Source: a bacterium (GTDB lineage Bacteria > SZUA-182 > DTGQ01 > JAFGSM01). Taken from it: DNA of 64,000 nucleotides. Position 1 is the stretch's first letter; each line of letters begins with the position of its first letter. Shown here in pieces: positions 29,723 through 38,261 of the stretch. The notes below the pieces were generated by a model. The model saw nothing but the letters and a program-made list of their open reading frames with translations, had not been told where the DNA came from and did not search any database. The DNA lies in assembly GCA_049472315.1 (NCBI GenBank), contig JBLIRN010000015.1, positions 2,598-66,597 on the forward strand, given 5' to 3'. A program made the position numbers and the translations under genes.

Positions 29723-30337
29723 CTATTTACCCTCAGTATGATCGCCGTCCTCGGCAATCCCCTCCAGAAAGATGTTCCAGAGTTTGCTGAATTTTTTCAT
29801 GGGCGAGACCGTGTAGTTGGTAAGGGCGTACTGCACGATTGCCGTATGAACCATGCCGAAAAAGAGCAGGCTCGCCGAGTCCAGGTTGATATCCCCTCTA
29901 ACCAGACGGCGCCGCTTCCCCTCCTCCAGTATCCCGCGTATCTTGCTGGTGTAGGTGTAGATCACCTCCAGTATCTTGCGGCGCAGTTTGTCGTCATTGC
30001 TGTGGATGGATTCCGCGGTAATGGCGAACAGGATGCCTTTTTGCTCTTCCGTAAAGGACATATGGGCCTTCATGATCTCCTGCAGTCTCAGCAGCGGGTT
30101 CTTGTGGTTTCGGATGGGGTACTCGATGACCCGCATCAGGTTATCCTCGAAGTCATCGGCAAGCGCCATCAAAATGGAGTGCTTGTCCATGAAGTGACGG
30201 TATATCCCGGCCTCCGAGATATTGATCTGCCTGGAGATATTCTTTATGGTAAGATTCTGTATCCCTTCCTGCGCAATCAATTCGATCGATGCATTGATGA
30301 TCTCGTTCCTTCGTTCCTCCGTGGTCTTTCGTTCCAT
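29723..30337 (-). CDS. TetR/AcrR family transcriptional regulator (paralog 2)
   Basis: HTH LTIKNISRQINISEAGIYRHFMDKH. Paralogous to 24760..25359. Leads the LVIVD propeller gene on the minus strand. Confidence 0.9.
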   Translation of the reverse strand: MERKTTEERRNEIINASIELIAQEGIQNLTIKNISRQINISEAGIYRHFMDKHSILMALADDFEDNLMRVIEYPIRNHKNPLLRLQEIMKAHMSFTEEQKGILFAITAESIHSNDDKLRRKILEVIYTYTSKIRGILEEGKRRRLVRGDINLDSASLLFFGMVHTAIVQYALTNYTVSPMKKFSKLWNIFLEGIAEDGDHTEGK

Positions 30338-30366
30338 ATATCATCACCTTGAAATCTCAACGATTG

Positions 30367-30382
30367 TACCGATGACACGGTA
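30367..30382. promoter_or_regulatory. candidate TetR operator: perfect palindrome TACCG-ATGACA-CGGTA 30-45 nt upstream of the TetR paralog 2 start
   Basis: Inverted repeat read directly from the sequence, in the promoter region of the regulator gene. Confidence 0.4.
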
Positions 30383-30395
30383 TCATCCCGTGCAA

Positions 30396-30722
30396 TCAGG
30401 TCCAGTATTTCGGCCTCCCGTAATAGTCATAGATTATCTCTTCCGTTTCCCGGTTCACCGGTGAGGAGGGATCGTACTCTGGATAGTTTTTGAGGGTCTC
30501 CCGGGTAAGATCCACATGCACCTTCGATCCCGCCCAATCGACCTCGGTGATCCATTGAATCGGGACCAGCACCTTTTTGCCGGGAAGCCAGTTGCAGGTA
30601 TCCACGACCAGGTACCGGATGGTCCACTGCTGGTCATCGAAGAAAAAATCCCTCACTGAACCGATTGTGCCGTCTTTGGCCTTTATGGAATAACCCTCCA
30701 ATCCCTTGACGCTTCTGAGCAT
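30396..30722 (-). CDS. PRC-barrel domain protein
   Basis: ORF 30396..30839. Likely start is MLRSVKG at 30722, with an AGGAGGG RBS. PRC-barrel-like GYSIKAKDGTIGSVRDFFFDDQQWTIRYLVVD. Confidence 0.65.
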   Translation of the reverse strand: MLRSVKGLEGYSIKAKDGTIGSVRDFFFDDQQWTIRYLVVDTCNWLPGKKVLVPIQWITEVDWAGSKVHVDLTRETLKNYPEYDPSSPVNRETEEIIYDYYGRPKYWT

Positions 30723-30857
30723 GAATATCCCTCCTTCGGATCGACTGGAATCATTTTGCCCTGTCGCGGGCAATGGCAAAGCAATCATCAAGTCTCTTCC
30801 AAGGACTTGCCGCTGCACTCGGTAGGCTGATTCAGGCATAGGAAAAGCCGATATAAC

Positions 30858-30877
30858 GTAAGTTAATATTTACTAAC
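30858..30877. promoter_or_regulatory. 20-bp AT-rich near-palindrome GTAAGTTAATATTTACTAAC (site A of a recurring motif)
   Basis: Lies between the polX 3-prime end and the PRC-barrel gene. Same motif as sites at 33525..33544 and 41272..41291. Confidence 0.45.
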
Positions 30878-30931
30878 ATTATATCACGCATCAGTCATAT
30901 GTCAAGGAACGCTGGACCCGGCGGCATGGCC

Positions 30932-32653
30932 CTATTTCCTTCTCAGGAGTCTCTTCACCTGTTTCCATGATCGGCTATTCAGGACGTCTTCCGGCTCCAG
31001 CCAGCCCCGCCGGGCCTGACCGACGCCGAAGGCCATGAAATCGAGGTCCCTGATGCTGTGGGCGTCCGTGGATATAACGATCTTCAACCCCTTCTCCTTG
31101 GCCATCTTGCAGTGGATGTCGTTGAGATCCAGCCGCACCGGATGGGCGTTGAGCTCAAGGAGGCACCCACGTTCCGCTGCCGCCTGCATGATCTTCTCCA
31201 TGTCCACCTCGTAGGGCGGGCGCTTCTTGATGAGCCTGCCGGTGGGATGACCGAGGATGGTGAAATACGGATTATCCATGGCCCGGATGATGCGCTTGGT
31301 CTGTTTTTGCCTGGAAAGCTTGGCATTGTAATGCACCGAGCAGACCGTGAGGTCGAGCTCCTTGAGGATGTCGTCCGGCAGGTCCAGGGAGCCATCCTCC
31401 AGGATGTCCACCTCAACCCCTTTCACAATAAAAAACGCCTTCTGTCTGCCATTCAATGCATCGATCTCCTTGATCTGCGTGGCAAGCGCCTTTTTGTCCA
31501 GGCCGTGCGCCATGGTCACCCGCTTGGAGTGCTCGGTGATCGCCATGTATTCGTAACCCCTCTCCTTGGCCGCCTTTACCATCTCCTCCAGGCTGAAGTG
31601 CCCGTCGGTGCGATTGGTGTGGGTGTGCAGGTCCCCCTTGATATGATCGAGGGTGATCAGGTCCGGCAGCCGTCCCTCCCGCGCCGCCTCCACCTCTCCC
31701 CGGCCTTCCCGAAGCTCCGGGGGGATAAAGGGAAGCCCCACCTGCACGAACACATCCTCCTCCCGTTTCCCGGCGATTCGCTTCTTTCCCTTGAATATGC
31801 CGTATTCGTTGATCTTGAGCCCCTTTTTTACCCCGATCTTCCGGATGGCGATGTTGTGGGCCTTCGACCCGGTGAAATAGTGGATGGCCGCGCCGTAGCT
31901 TTCCTGGGAAAACACCCGCAGATCCACCTGGGTCCCGGAGCGGAGTATCACCGTGGAGCGCATATCTCCGTGGGACACCACCGTGTCCACGTCCTCGTAT
32001 TTCACGAACCGATCCATGACCGGAGACCCCTTCGTGCAGGTCACCAGGATGTCCAGGTCCCCTACCGTTTCCTTGTGGCGCCGGTAGCTCCCCGCCACCT
32101 CGACATCCTTTACTCCGTCCACCTTCTGCAGGTAACTCCGGTAGTCCTCGGCGATCTCCCTGGCCACCAGCAGCCGTATGCGTCCCTTTTCCTCCTTGAC
32201 TCCCTGGATGCCCTCCAGTATGGACTGCTCCGTCTTTTCCCCGAACCCGGAGATCTCCCTGATCTTCCCATTCTCTGCCGCCTTCTTTAAATCGGAGATT
32301 GTGGTGATCCCCAGTTTCTCGTGGAGCGTCTTTACCCGCTTGGGACCCAGCCCGGCTATATTGAGCAGTTTGCTCAACGCGGGAGAAACCTCCTTTTTGA
32401 GATCCTCCAGGAGGGGAAGTTTACCGGTTTCCACGATCTCCTTGATCTTTCCGGCAAGGTCCTTGCCGATCCCCGACAGGCGTGAGAGGTCCTCGTTCTT
32501 TTTCACCATGTCAGCGGCGCTGGAGGAAAGGCCCCCTACCGTCCGGGCAGCGTCCCGATATGCACGAACCCGAAATGCGTTCTCCCCCTTGATCTCGAGA
32601 AGGTCCGCCACCTGGTTGAATATGGCGGCAATATCCGTGTTGTGAACAGGCAC
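30932..32653 (-). CDS. polX: DNA polymerase X family protein with C-terminal PHP phosphoesterase domain
   Basis: ORF 30932..32782. Likely start is the GTG at 32653, after a GGAGG RBS (MPVHNTDIAAIFNQVADLLEIKGENAFRVRAYR). Pol beta-like HhH and nucleotidyltransferase motifs (GSYRRHKETVGDLDILV). PHP motifs (HTHTNRTDGH, ITEH, TDAHS). Confidence 0.9.
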   Translation of the reverse strand: MPVHNTDIAAIFNQVADLLEIKGENAFRVRAYRDAARTVGGLSSSAADMVKKNEDLSRLSGIGKDLAGKIKEIVETGKLPLLEDLKKEVSPALSKLLNIAGLGPKRVKTLHEKLGITTISDLKKAAENGKIREISGFGEKTEQSILEGIQGVKEEKGRIRLLVAREIAEDYRSYLQKVDGVKDVEVAGSYRRHKETVGDLDILVTCTKGSPVMDRFVKYEDVDTVVSHGDMRSTVILRSGTQVDLRVFSQESYGAAIHYFTGSKAHNIAIRKIGVKKGLKINEYGIFKGKKRIAGKREEDVFVQVGLPFIPPELREGRGEVEAAREGRLPDLITLDHIKGDLHTHTNRTDGHFSLEEMVKAAKERGYEYMAITEHSKRVTMAHGLDKKALATQIKEIDALNGRQKAFFIVKGVEVDILEDGSLDLPDDILKELDLTVCSVHYNAKLSRQKQTKRIIRAMDNPYFTILGHPTGRLIKKRPPYEVDMEKIMQAAAERGCLLELNAHPVRLDLNDIHCKMAKEKGLKIVISTDAHSIRDLDFMAFGVGQARRGWLEPEDVLNSRSWKQVKRLLRRK

Positions 32654-32655
32654 CG

Positions 32656-33393
32656 TCAGCCTCCCTGAATCATGGATTGGAGCCGCAGGGCATTCCGAGC
32701 CGCATACCCTGCCTGGTCGTTGTCGAAATAGCAGTAGACGGTCCTTCCCCCCTTGGACCACGTGGAAAGGGCGCCCGCCCATCCGGCCAGTTCCTCTGTT
32801 TTGTATGATCCCTCATAAGGGCCTCCCGGGCCGTGGAGGCGGATATAGACGAAATCCGCAGTGATCTCCTTGGGTGATATGCTGCCGTTCAGGTCGAAGA
32901 TGCAGAAGGCGGCATTGCGTTTTTCCAGGGCGTGGTACACCCCTTCGTTGAACCAGCGGGGATCACGGAATTCGAAGGCATAGCGGTGGTTTACGGGCAA
33001 TGTATCGAGGAATGCATCCAGCCGCTCCAGGTTGGAACGCCATCGGGGGGGCAGTTGAAAAAGCACCGGGCCCAGTGTTGACCCCAGCGCCTCCACCCGG
33101 TCCAGAAAGGTGGACACCGGCTCCTTCGGGTCCTTGAGCCGCTTTATATGGGTGATGAAGCGACTCGCCTTGACCGCGAAGATGAACCCCTCCGGTACGG
33201 TTGTGCTCCATATCTTCAGTGTCTCCGTATCAGGGATCTGATAGAAGGTGTTGTTGATCTCCACCGTTCGGAAGCGATCGGCATAGTATTCCAGAAAGTC
33301 CCTGGATCGCATCTCCCGGGGATAGAAACTTCCCTTCCAGTGTTGATAGTGCCATCCTGATGTCCCGATATGTATGCTGCCCTTCCTGTTCAT
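32656..33393 (-). CDS. DUF72 (YecE-like) domain protein
   Basis: HIGTSGWHYQHWKGSFYP. TVEINNTFY. GPVLFQLPP. Stop abuts the polX start, suggesting translational coupling. Confidence 0.85.
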   Translation of the reverse strand: MNRKGSIHIGTSGWHYQHWKGSFYPREMRSRDFLEYYADRFRTVEINNTFYQIPDTETLKIWSTTVPEGFIFAVKASRFITHIKRLKDPKEPVSTFLDRVEALGSTLGPVLFQLPPRWRSNLERLDAFLDTLPVNHRYAFEFRDPRWFNEGVYHALEKRNAAFCIFDLNGSISPKEITADFVYIRLHGPGGPYEGSYKTEELAGWAGALSTWSKGGRTVYCYFDNDQAGYAARNALRLQSMIQGG

Positions 33394-33524
33394 TGTTCTC
33401 CTCTGAGGCGGCTTTTACCGATGCATTCGCATTTTCCCGGCGCGGTCATGAAAAGTGGCCCATGGGCGCCGCAGGCTGTCTCCGCACTTGCACAATGGAA
33501 AGGTGCGGTGTATACTGTTAAATT

Positions 33525-33544
33525 GTTAGTAAATATTCACTAAC
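33525..33544. promoter_or_regulatory. 20-bp near-perfect palindrome GTTAGTAAATATTCACTAAC (site B of the recurring motif)
   Basis: About 130 nt upstream of the DUF72-polX operon start. One mismatch from a perfect palindrome. Confidence 0.5.
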
Positions 33545-33750
33545 ACTACCATGATACCATGAAATTGCATCTTGTCAAGGGGGGCAAACGGGAGCAGCAA
33601 TTCTAATTTTGATGTTCCATCGTCGTGAGCTGACATGTTTGACTATACTCTCGACCCGAAGGTCAAAAATGAGCATTGCTGAAACGGCAGGCCCTATGGC
33701 CGGCAGGATGGTGAGCCAATGCATTTTGGCGCAGGTTGTGTCGAAGGCAT

Positions 33751-34440
33751 TTACCTATCGGCGGGTTTGAGGAACGTACTCAGGTGGTCGTAGAGAACCG
33801 GAAGGAGAAAGAACAGCGCGAGTGAGATGAATGCGATCCATGCCTTCCATGAGAAGATGTCATCCGGACTTTTGATGTGTGCAAGCTGCTGGCCGGCAAA
33901 GGTGCAGATGAACGAACCGGGAAGTGCCCCTACCGATGTGGTCCACACGAAGGTCTTCAGGGGGATACCGGTGATGCCGGCAAGATAATTGATAAGGAAA
34001 AAGGGGAGAAGGGGAATCAGGCGCAGGCTCAGCATATAGTTGTGGCTGTGGTCGCGTATCCTTTCGTTGAACAATCGCAACTGGTCACGGAACCGGTGAC
34101 GAACCCATCCCCCTATCAGATACCGGGCGCTCAGGAAGGCCAGGGTCCCTCCTATCACCGTGGCAAGGTTGATATATATCATGCCAAGAATCACCCCGAA
34201 GAGGAAGCCTGCGGCTACGGAAAGGATCAGGGCGCCCGGCAGCAGGAAGGCGGTCATGATATACATAGCGATAAATGCAAGCAGGGAAGGAACATAGTGA
34301 CGATCCACGAATTCCTTGATCTTGGAGCGGTTATCCTTGAGCCTCTGGAAGGCCAGATCCTGGCCGGTCCTGGAGGTCCATACGAAAAAAATCGTCACTG
34401 CGACCAGGATGATTATGAGTCCGAGGGATTTGATTTTCAT
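33751..34440 (-). CDS. TVP38/TMEM64 (DedA/SNARE-associated) family membrane protein
   Basis: ORF 33751..34497. Likely start is MKIKSLG at 34440. Multiple TM helices. DedA core FLLPGALILSVAAGFLFG ... ARYLIG ... INYLAGITGIPLKTF. Confidence 0.8.
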   Translation of the reverse strand: MKIKSLGLIIILVAVTIFFVWTSRTGQDLAFQRLKDNRSKIKEFVDRHYVPSLLAFIAMYIMTAFLLPGALILSVAAGFLFGVILGMIYINLATVIGGTLAFLSARYLIGGWVRHRFRDQLRLFNERIRDHSHNYMLSLRLIPLLPFFLINYLAGITGIPLKTFVWTTSVGALPGSFICTFAGQQLAHIKSPDDIFSWKAWIAFISLALFFLLPVLYDHLSTFLKPADR

Positions 34441-34561
34441 GATACTGATACATCCTTCCCCAACATGCCATGCCAGCGCTGCCGATCCAATATACACGGT
34501 ATCACAGGAGGGTCAGCTGTAACAAGCAGTGCCTCTGCAATGCATGGGGGGGAAAAATCGT

Positions 34562-35311
34562 ATGAGCGAACCGACATTCAGGGTTATGACCTACAATGTC
34601 CACAGTTGCATCGGCAGTGACCGGAAGGCGTCGCCTTTGAGAACAGCCGAGGTGATCCGACAGCACTCCCCGGACATTGTGGCGCTGCAGGAGCTCGATG
34701 CGGGTCAGGAACGAAGCGGGGCGCAGTTTCAGGCCCATGTCATCGCACAGAGCCTGAATATGACCTATCGGTTTCATCCCTCCGACATTGTGGGAGGGGG
34801 AGAGTACGGAAACGCCATCCTGAGCCGCTTTCCCATCCGGTTGGTAAAGGCCGGGGATCTCCCCGGATATGTGTATTCCGGACGTGTCCCTGAGAAACGA
34901 GGTGCCCTATGGGTGGAGGTGTACCTGGCCGACCGGGGGGTGCAGGTCGTCACCACCCACCTGGGGCTTACCCGCAGGGAACGGCTGGTCCAGGCACACG
35001 CCCTGCTCGGCCCGCAATGGTTCAATCATCCGGAGTGCCGTTGCCCTCTGGTCATCACCGGCGATTTTAACGCACTCCCCTGTTCACAGGTATATCGTCT
35101 TTTCCGGCGGGTGCTGCGTGACATACAGTGCCACGGGGGAAACGGGAATCGACCCCGGAGTACATGGCCGAGCCGCTGTCCGGTATTTCGCATCGATCAT
35201 GTGTTTGTAACCCCGGACATCGTGGTGCATGGCGTACGGGTCCCCCGAACCAGGCTGGAGCGCACGGCATCGGATCACCTCCCGCTGGTTGCTGATCTGG
35301 GATTCTTGTGA
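34562..35311 (+). CDS. endonuclease/exonuclease/phosphatase (EEP) family protein
   Basis: ORF 34529..35311. Start is the ATG at 34562. EEP motifs FRVMTYNVHS, DIVALQELD, ITGDFN, SDHLPLVADL. Confidence 0.8.
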   Translation: MSEPTFRVMTYNVHSCIGSDRKASPLRTAEVIRQHSPDIVALQELDAGQERSGAQFQAHVIAQSLNMTYRFHPSDIVGGGEYGNAILSRFPIRLVKAGDLPGYVYSGRVPEKRGALWVEVYLADRGVQVVTTHLGLTRRERLVQAHALLGPQWFNHPECRCPLVITGDFNALPCSQVYRLFRRVLRDIQCHGGNGNRPRSTWPSRCPVFRIDHVFVTPDIVVHGVRVPRTRLERTASDHLPLVADLGFL

Positions 35312-35349
35312 TGTCGGGAGGAAAAAGTGCATGACCGGAGAGACCAATA

Positions 35350-37053
35350 ATGGAGAAAATTCTCGCCCCCGGGCGTAATTGCTGGGGAAACTTTCAGGTC
35401 CGGGATAGCGGGCTTCTCATTGACGGCCGCAACTATTACCGGGCCTTTTATCATGCCGCCCGGCAAGCGCAGCGCTACATCCTCATCGCCGGATGGCAGT
35501 TTGACAGTGACGTGCGGCTGCTTCGAGGCGCGGACGCGGCAGAGGCCGGCGGGGACGTGCGCCTGCTCCCCTTTCTCAAGGGGCTTTGCCGGGGTAACCC
35601 GGACCTCGCCATCTATATCCTGGCATGGGATTTCAGCATGCTCTTTTCCATAAAGCGCGAATGGTTTCAGGAGTGGATCTTCAACTGGACCACCAACCGG
35701 CAGCTTCGGTTTCGCTTCGACAGCAGGCATGCGGTGGGTGCCAGCCATCATCAGAAGTTCGTGGTGATCGACGGGGTGCTCGCATTCGTGGGTGGCTTTG
35801 ATATCTGCGCCGAGCGGTGGGATGATCGTGATCACCGGCCGGAGAATCCCGATCGCGTCAACAGTGCGGGCAAGGGGTATGAGTTGTATCACGATATACA
35901 GACCTATCACGTCGGGCCGGCGGCGATGAGGCTGACGGAGCTTTTCAAGGATCGATGGGCGCATTCCGATGGAGGAACGCTCGATCTGCCTCCCCCTCCC
36001 CGCGGGTATCATTTTGACGTGGAAGGGGGTATCGCCATTGCCGCCGACCGGGTCGCCATAAGCAGGACCCAGTCAAAAACCCTGGTGCCTGCCTGGAAAT
36101 CGATCCGTGAGATCCGCCGGCTTTTCACAGATGCCATCCATGGTGCGGAGCGGTTGATTTATATAGAGAATCAGTACTTCAGCTCCCAGGCTGTTTACCG
36201 GGCACTGCTCGACCGGATGCGGAAGACGAGTGGGGAATCCCTCCAGGTGATCGTCATCCTCCCCCAAAAACCCCATGCGCTGATCGAGGAGATTTCCCTG
36301 GGGATCGCCCAGATGAGCATGATCCATTCCCTTACGGAGGCGGCGGCCGGACAGGGGCATTCGCTGGGATTCTATTATCCTGCATCCGTATCGAGCAAGG
36401 ATACATCGGCTTCGGTATACGTGCATGCGAAGCTGCTTCTGGTTGACGACCGTTTTCTTACCGTGGGATCGGCGAACATCTCCAACCGGAGCATGGGGCT
36501 GGATACCGAGCTGAATGCCTCCTGGGAGGCAACAACCGGTGATCAGCGCGCAGTCATTCGTTCCATCCGGCGGACCAGGGTGAGCCTCCTCGCCGAACAT
36601 GCCGGTATAAAGTCCCGCCGGGACCTTCGGCGGTTGTGCCGCACGGATGGTATCGTTCGTTTCCTTGACGGTCTTGCGGATCGCCCCCGTTCGCCCCTGC
36701 GTCACCACACCACGGAGACCCTTTTCAAGAATGCATCATGGCTTGAGGAGATAAAGATCGAGGACCTTTCCCTGGACCCGGAGAGACCCATTGTGGAGGA
36801 GAACATCTACGAGCTTATCTCCCGGGACACCTCCGGCCTTTTCGCCAAGGGTATCACCCTGCTGCGTACAATGAAACGCGGACACCCCTCGAATTCCGAC
36901 GGGAAGCCCAGGCGGGGACGGCAATTCCACTTCCCGTTATGGGGGCGCTTTATGGACACTACCAGCCTCGTCGGTCATACCCGGCATTTAAAATGGATCA
37001 CCCTCTTCCTCATCATGCTCCTTGCGGCAGCGGTGGTTCTGTTACTCATGTGA
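35350..37053 (+). CDS. phospholipase D / cardiolipin-synthase-like protein (two HKD motifs) with C-terminal TM anchor
   Basis: HKD-1 HHQKFVVIDGVLAFVGGFDI. HKD-2 VHAKLLLVDDRFLTVGSANISNRS. C-terminal hydrophobic tail ITLFLIMLLAAAVVLLLM. Confidence 0.9.
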   Translation: MEKILAPGRNCWGNFQVRDSGLLIDGRNYYRAFYHAARQAQRYILIAGWQFDSDVRLLRGADAAEAGGDVRLLPFLKGLCRGNPDLAIYILAWDFSMLFSIKREWFQEWIFNWTTNRQLRFRFDSRHAVGASHHQKFVVIDGVLAFVGGFDICAERWDDRDHRPENPDRVNSAGKGYELYHDIQTYHVGPAAMRLTELFKDRWAHSDGGTLDLPPPPRGYHFDVEGGIAIAADRVAISRTQSKTLVPAWKSIREIRRLFTDAIHGAERLIYIENQYFSSQAVYRALLDRMRKTSGESLQVIVILPQKPHALIEEISLGIAQMSMIHSLTEAAAGQGHSLGFYYPASVSSKDTSASVYVHAKLLLVDDRFLTVGSANISNRSMGLDTELNASWEATTGDQRAVIRSIRRTRVSLLAEHAGIKSRRDLRRLCRTDGIVRFLDGLADRPRSPLRHHTTETLFKNASWLEEIKIEDLSLDPERPIVEENIYELISRDTSGLFAKGITLLRTMKRGHPSNSDGKPRRGRQFHFPLWGRFMDTTSLVGHTRHLKWITLFLIMLLAAAVVLLLM

Positions 37054-37071
37054 AAAGGGCAACCATCTGTT

Positions 37072-37242
37072 TCACCATTCTCTTTCAGGAACACCAAGAC
37101 GCTTCAGCCACCAGGTCATGCCCATGGCGGCAGCGGTGGTGACCATGATAACGGCCGCATGCAATGCGAATCCCAGAGGGGTGGCATTCCGGATAATCGG
37201 CCCTGCTGGAGCAGCATATACATGGGTATCACAGGAGGATAT
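37072..37242 (-). pseudogene. remnant of a DedA/TVP38 C-terminal end: degenerate copy of the 3-prime end of the PLD-DedA fusion gene
   Basis: Minus-strand frame reads ...AAPAGPIIRNATPLGFALHAAVIMVTTAAAMGMTWWLKRLGVPEREW*. The C-terminus of gene 38262..40394 reads ...ADRAGAIIRNPAPLEFVLLAAAIILTATAALGVVWWLKRLGVSGSER*. About 70% nucleotide identity over ~115 nt. No start codon; an in-frame stop lies upstream. Confidence 0.55.
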
Positions 37243-37455
37243 CCTTTAAGGCATGAATATGGAAGGGAATTTATAAAGGACACGTTAAGGTGGGGATTTT
37301 TATAATCTCACGAGGGGGACATGCAGGCTAATTTCAGTTCCATCAAAATCATTATCAGTGCCGGTTATGGTCAGATGGTGTTTTTCGGCTGCTACGTACT
37401 GCATTGCATTCTCTTGACAAGACCATGGCTATTCCATTTCCCCCGTATCAAGGAG

Positions 37456-37779
37456 TTAATAAAGCCCCAATTGAACCTTGATCGCCTCCCCGATCTTGAG
37501 CATGTCATCTTCAGAGAGAATCCCCGCAGGTTTAAAGAGCCGTAATTTACTCACCGTGGCCAGTTGATCGGCCATGGCCTTGCTTTCCCTGCCGTCAAAC
37601 ATGACAATCGCTTCACTTGGATATTGACGGCCTGTCTTACTCGTCAGGGGAACAACCTGAACGCGATTGAGGAATCTATTGGAGGCATCATTGCTGACGA
37701 TTACGGCAGGACGCCTTTTTTTGATCTCACCGCCCACGGAGGGATCAAAATTGACCCACCAGACCTCACCCCGCTTCAT
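37456..37779 (-). CDS. mazF: type II toxin-antitoxin system PemK/MazF family toxin (mRNA interferase)
   Basis: ORF 37456..37911. Start is the ATG at 37779 (MKRGEVWWVNFDPSVGGEIKKRRPAVIVSND...VVPLTSK). Classic MazF/PemK pattern. Confidence 0.85.
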   Translation of the reverse strand: MKRGEVWWVNFDPSVGGEIKKRRPAVIVSNDASNRFLNRVQVVPLTSKTGRQYPSEAIVMFDGRESKAMADQLATVSKLRLFKPAGILSEDDMLKIGEAIKVQLGLY

Positions 37780-37996
37780 GGGTGATGTCCCTGAAGGTGG
37801 CCTCTGCCCACTCCAAGGCCTCCTCTTCGCGCTTTTTGTCCTTTGACATTTGGGAATAGGCGGATTCCAGATTGGGGCGAACGACATGGGGACGCACGAG
37901 ATTTTCAACAAATTTGCTGATTCGACGAGGACCTATAACCTTATGAAGACCCTCGTAAACTTCCTCATCCACGGTTATGGTCAGCTTTTTCTGCAT
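37766..37996 (-). CDS. type II toxin-antitoxin system antitoxin (RHH/MazE-like), cognate of the downstream MazF
   Basis: 76-aa ORF. Overlaps the toxin start by 14 nt. N-terminal beta-strand KKLTITVDEEVYEGL is typical of ribbon-helix-helix or swapped-hairpin antitoxins. AGGAGG RBS. Confidence 0.7.
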   Translation of the reverse strand: MQKKLTITVDEEVYEGLHKVIGPRRISKFVENLVRPHVVRPNLESAYSQMSKDKKREEEALEWAEATFRDITHEAG

Positions 37997-38016
37997 GTCA
38001 GATCCTCCTTCACGTT

Positions 38017-38037
38017 TATACGTATAGTATACGTATA
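38017..38037. promoter_or_regulatory. candidate TA operator/promoter: two tandem copies of the 10-bp palindrome TATACGTATA immediately upstream of the antitoxin RBS
   Basis: TATACGTATA-G-TATACGTATA at 38017..38037. The RBS (RC AAGGAGG) is at 38003..38008 and the antitoxin start at 37996. Confidence 0.5.
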
Positions 38038-38261
38038 ATGCTGCATGATGTCAAATATGAATAACTTAAGAAAAAATACTCCATAACCTACCCATTGGAC
38101 CGACTTTTGGCGCATTCACGGCGAGGATGATACGGAAGGCCCGGCGTGCCGCTTGGTTTCCCACCACCGGTCGAGGTGAAACATACGGCTTGCATGAGAG
38201 AGGTTCAGCGATGTATTCATGGTGCCTGAGGGTGTTTGGAATGATTGCCGCTTTTACGATT

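Noticed and set aside
24670-30352. ORFs 24670..25266(-) and 29645..30352(+)
   Set aside because: Each is antisense to one of the TetR paralogs (classic HTH on the called strand). Their mirror-image nature reflects the paralogy.
31058-32290. Plus-strand 410-aa ORF
   Set aside because: It is antisense to polX, which has clear pol-beta and PHP motifs on the minus strand.
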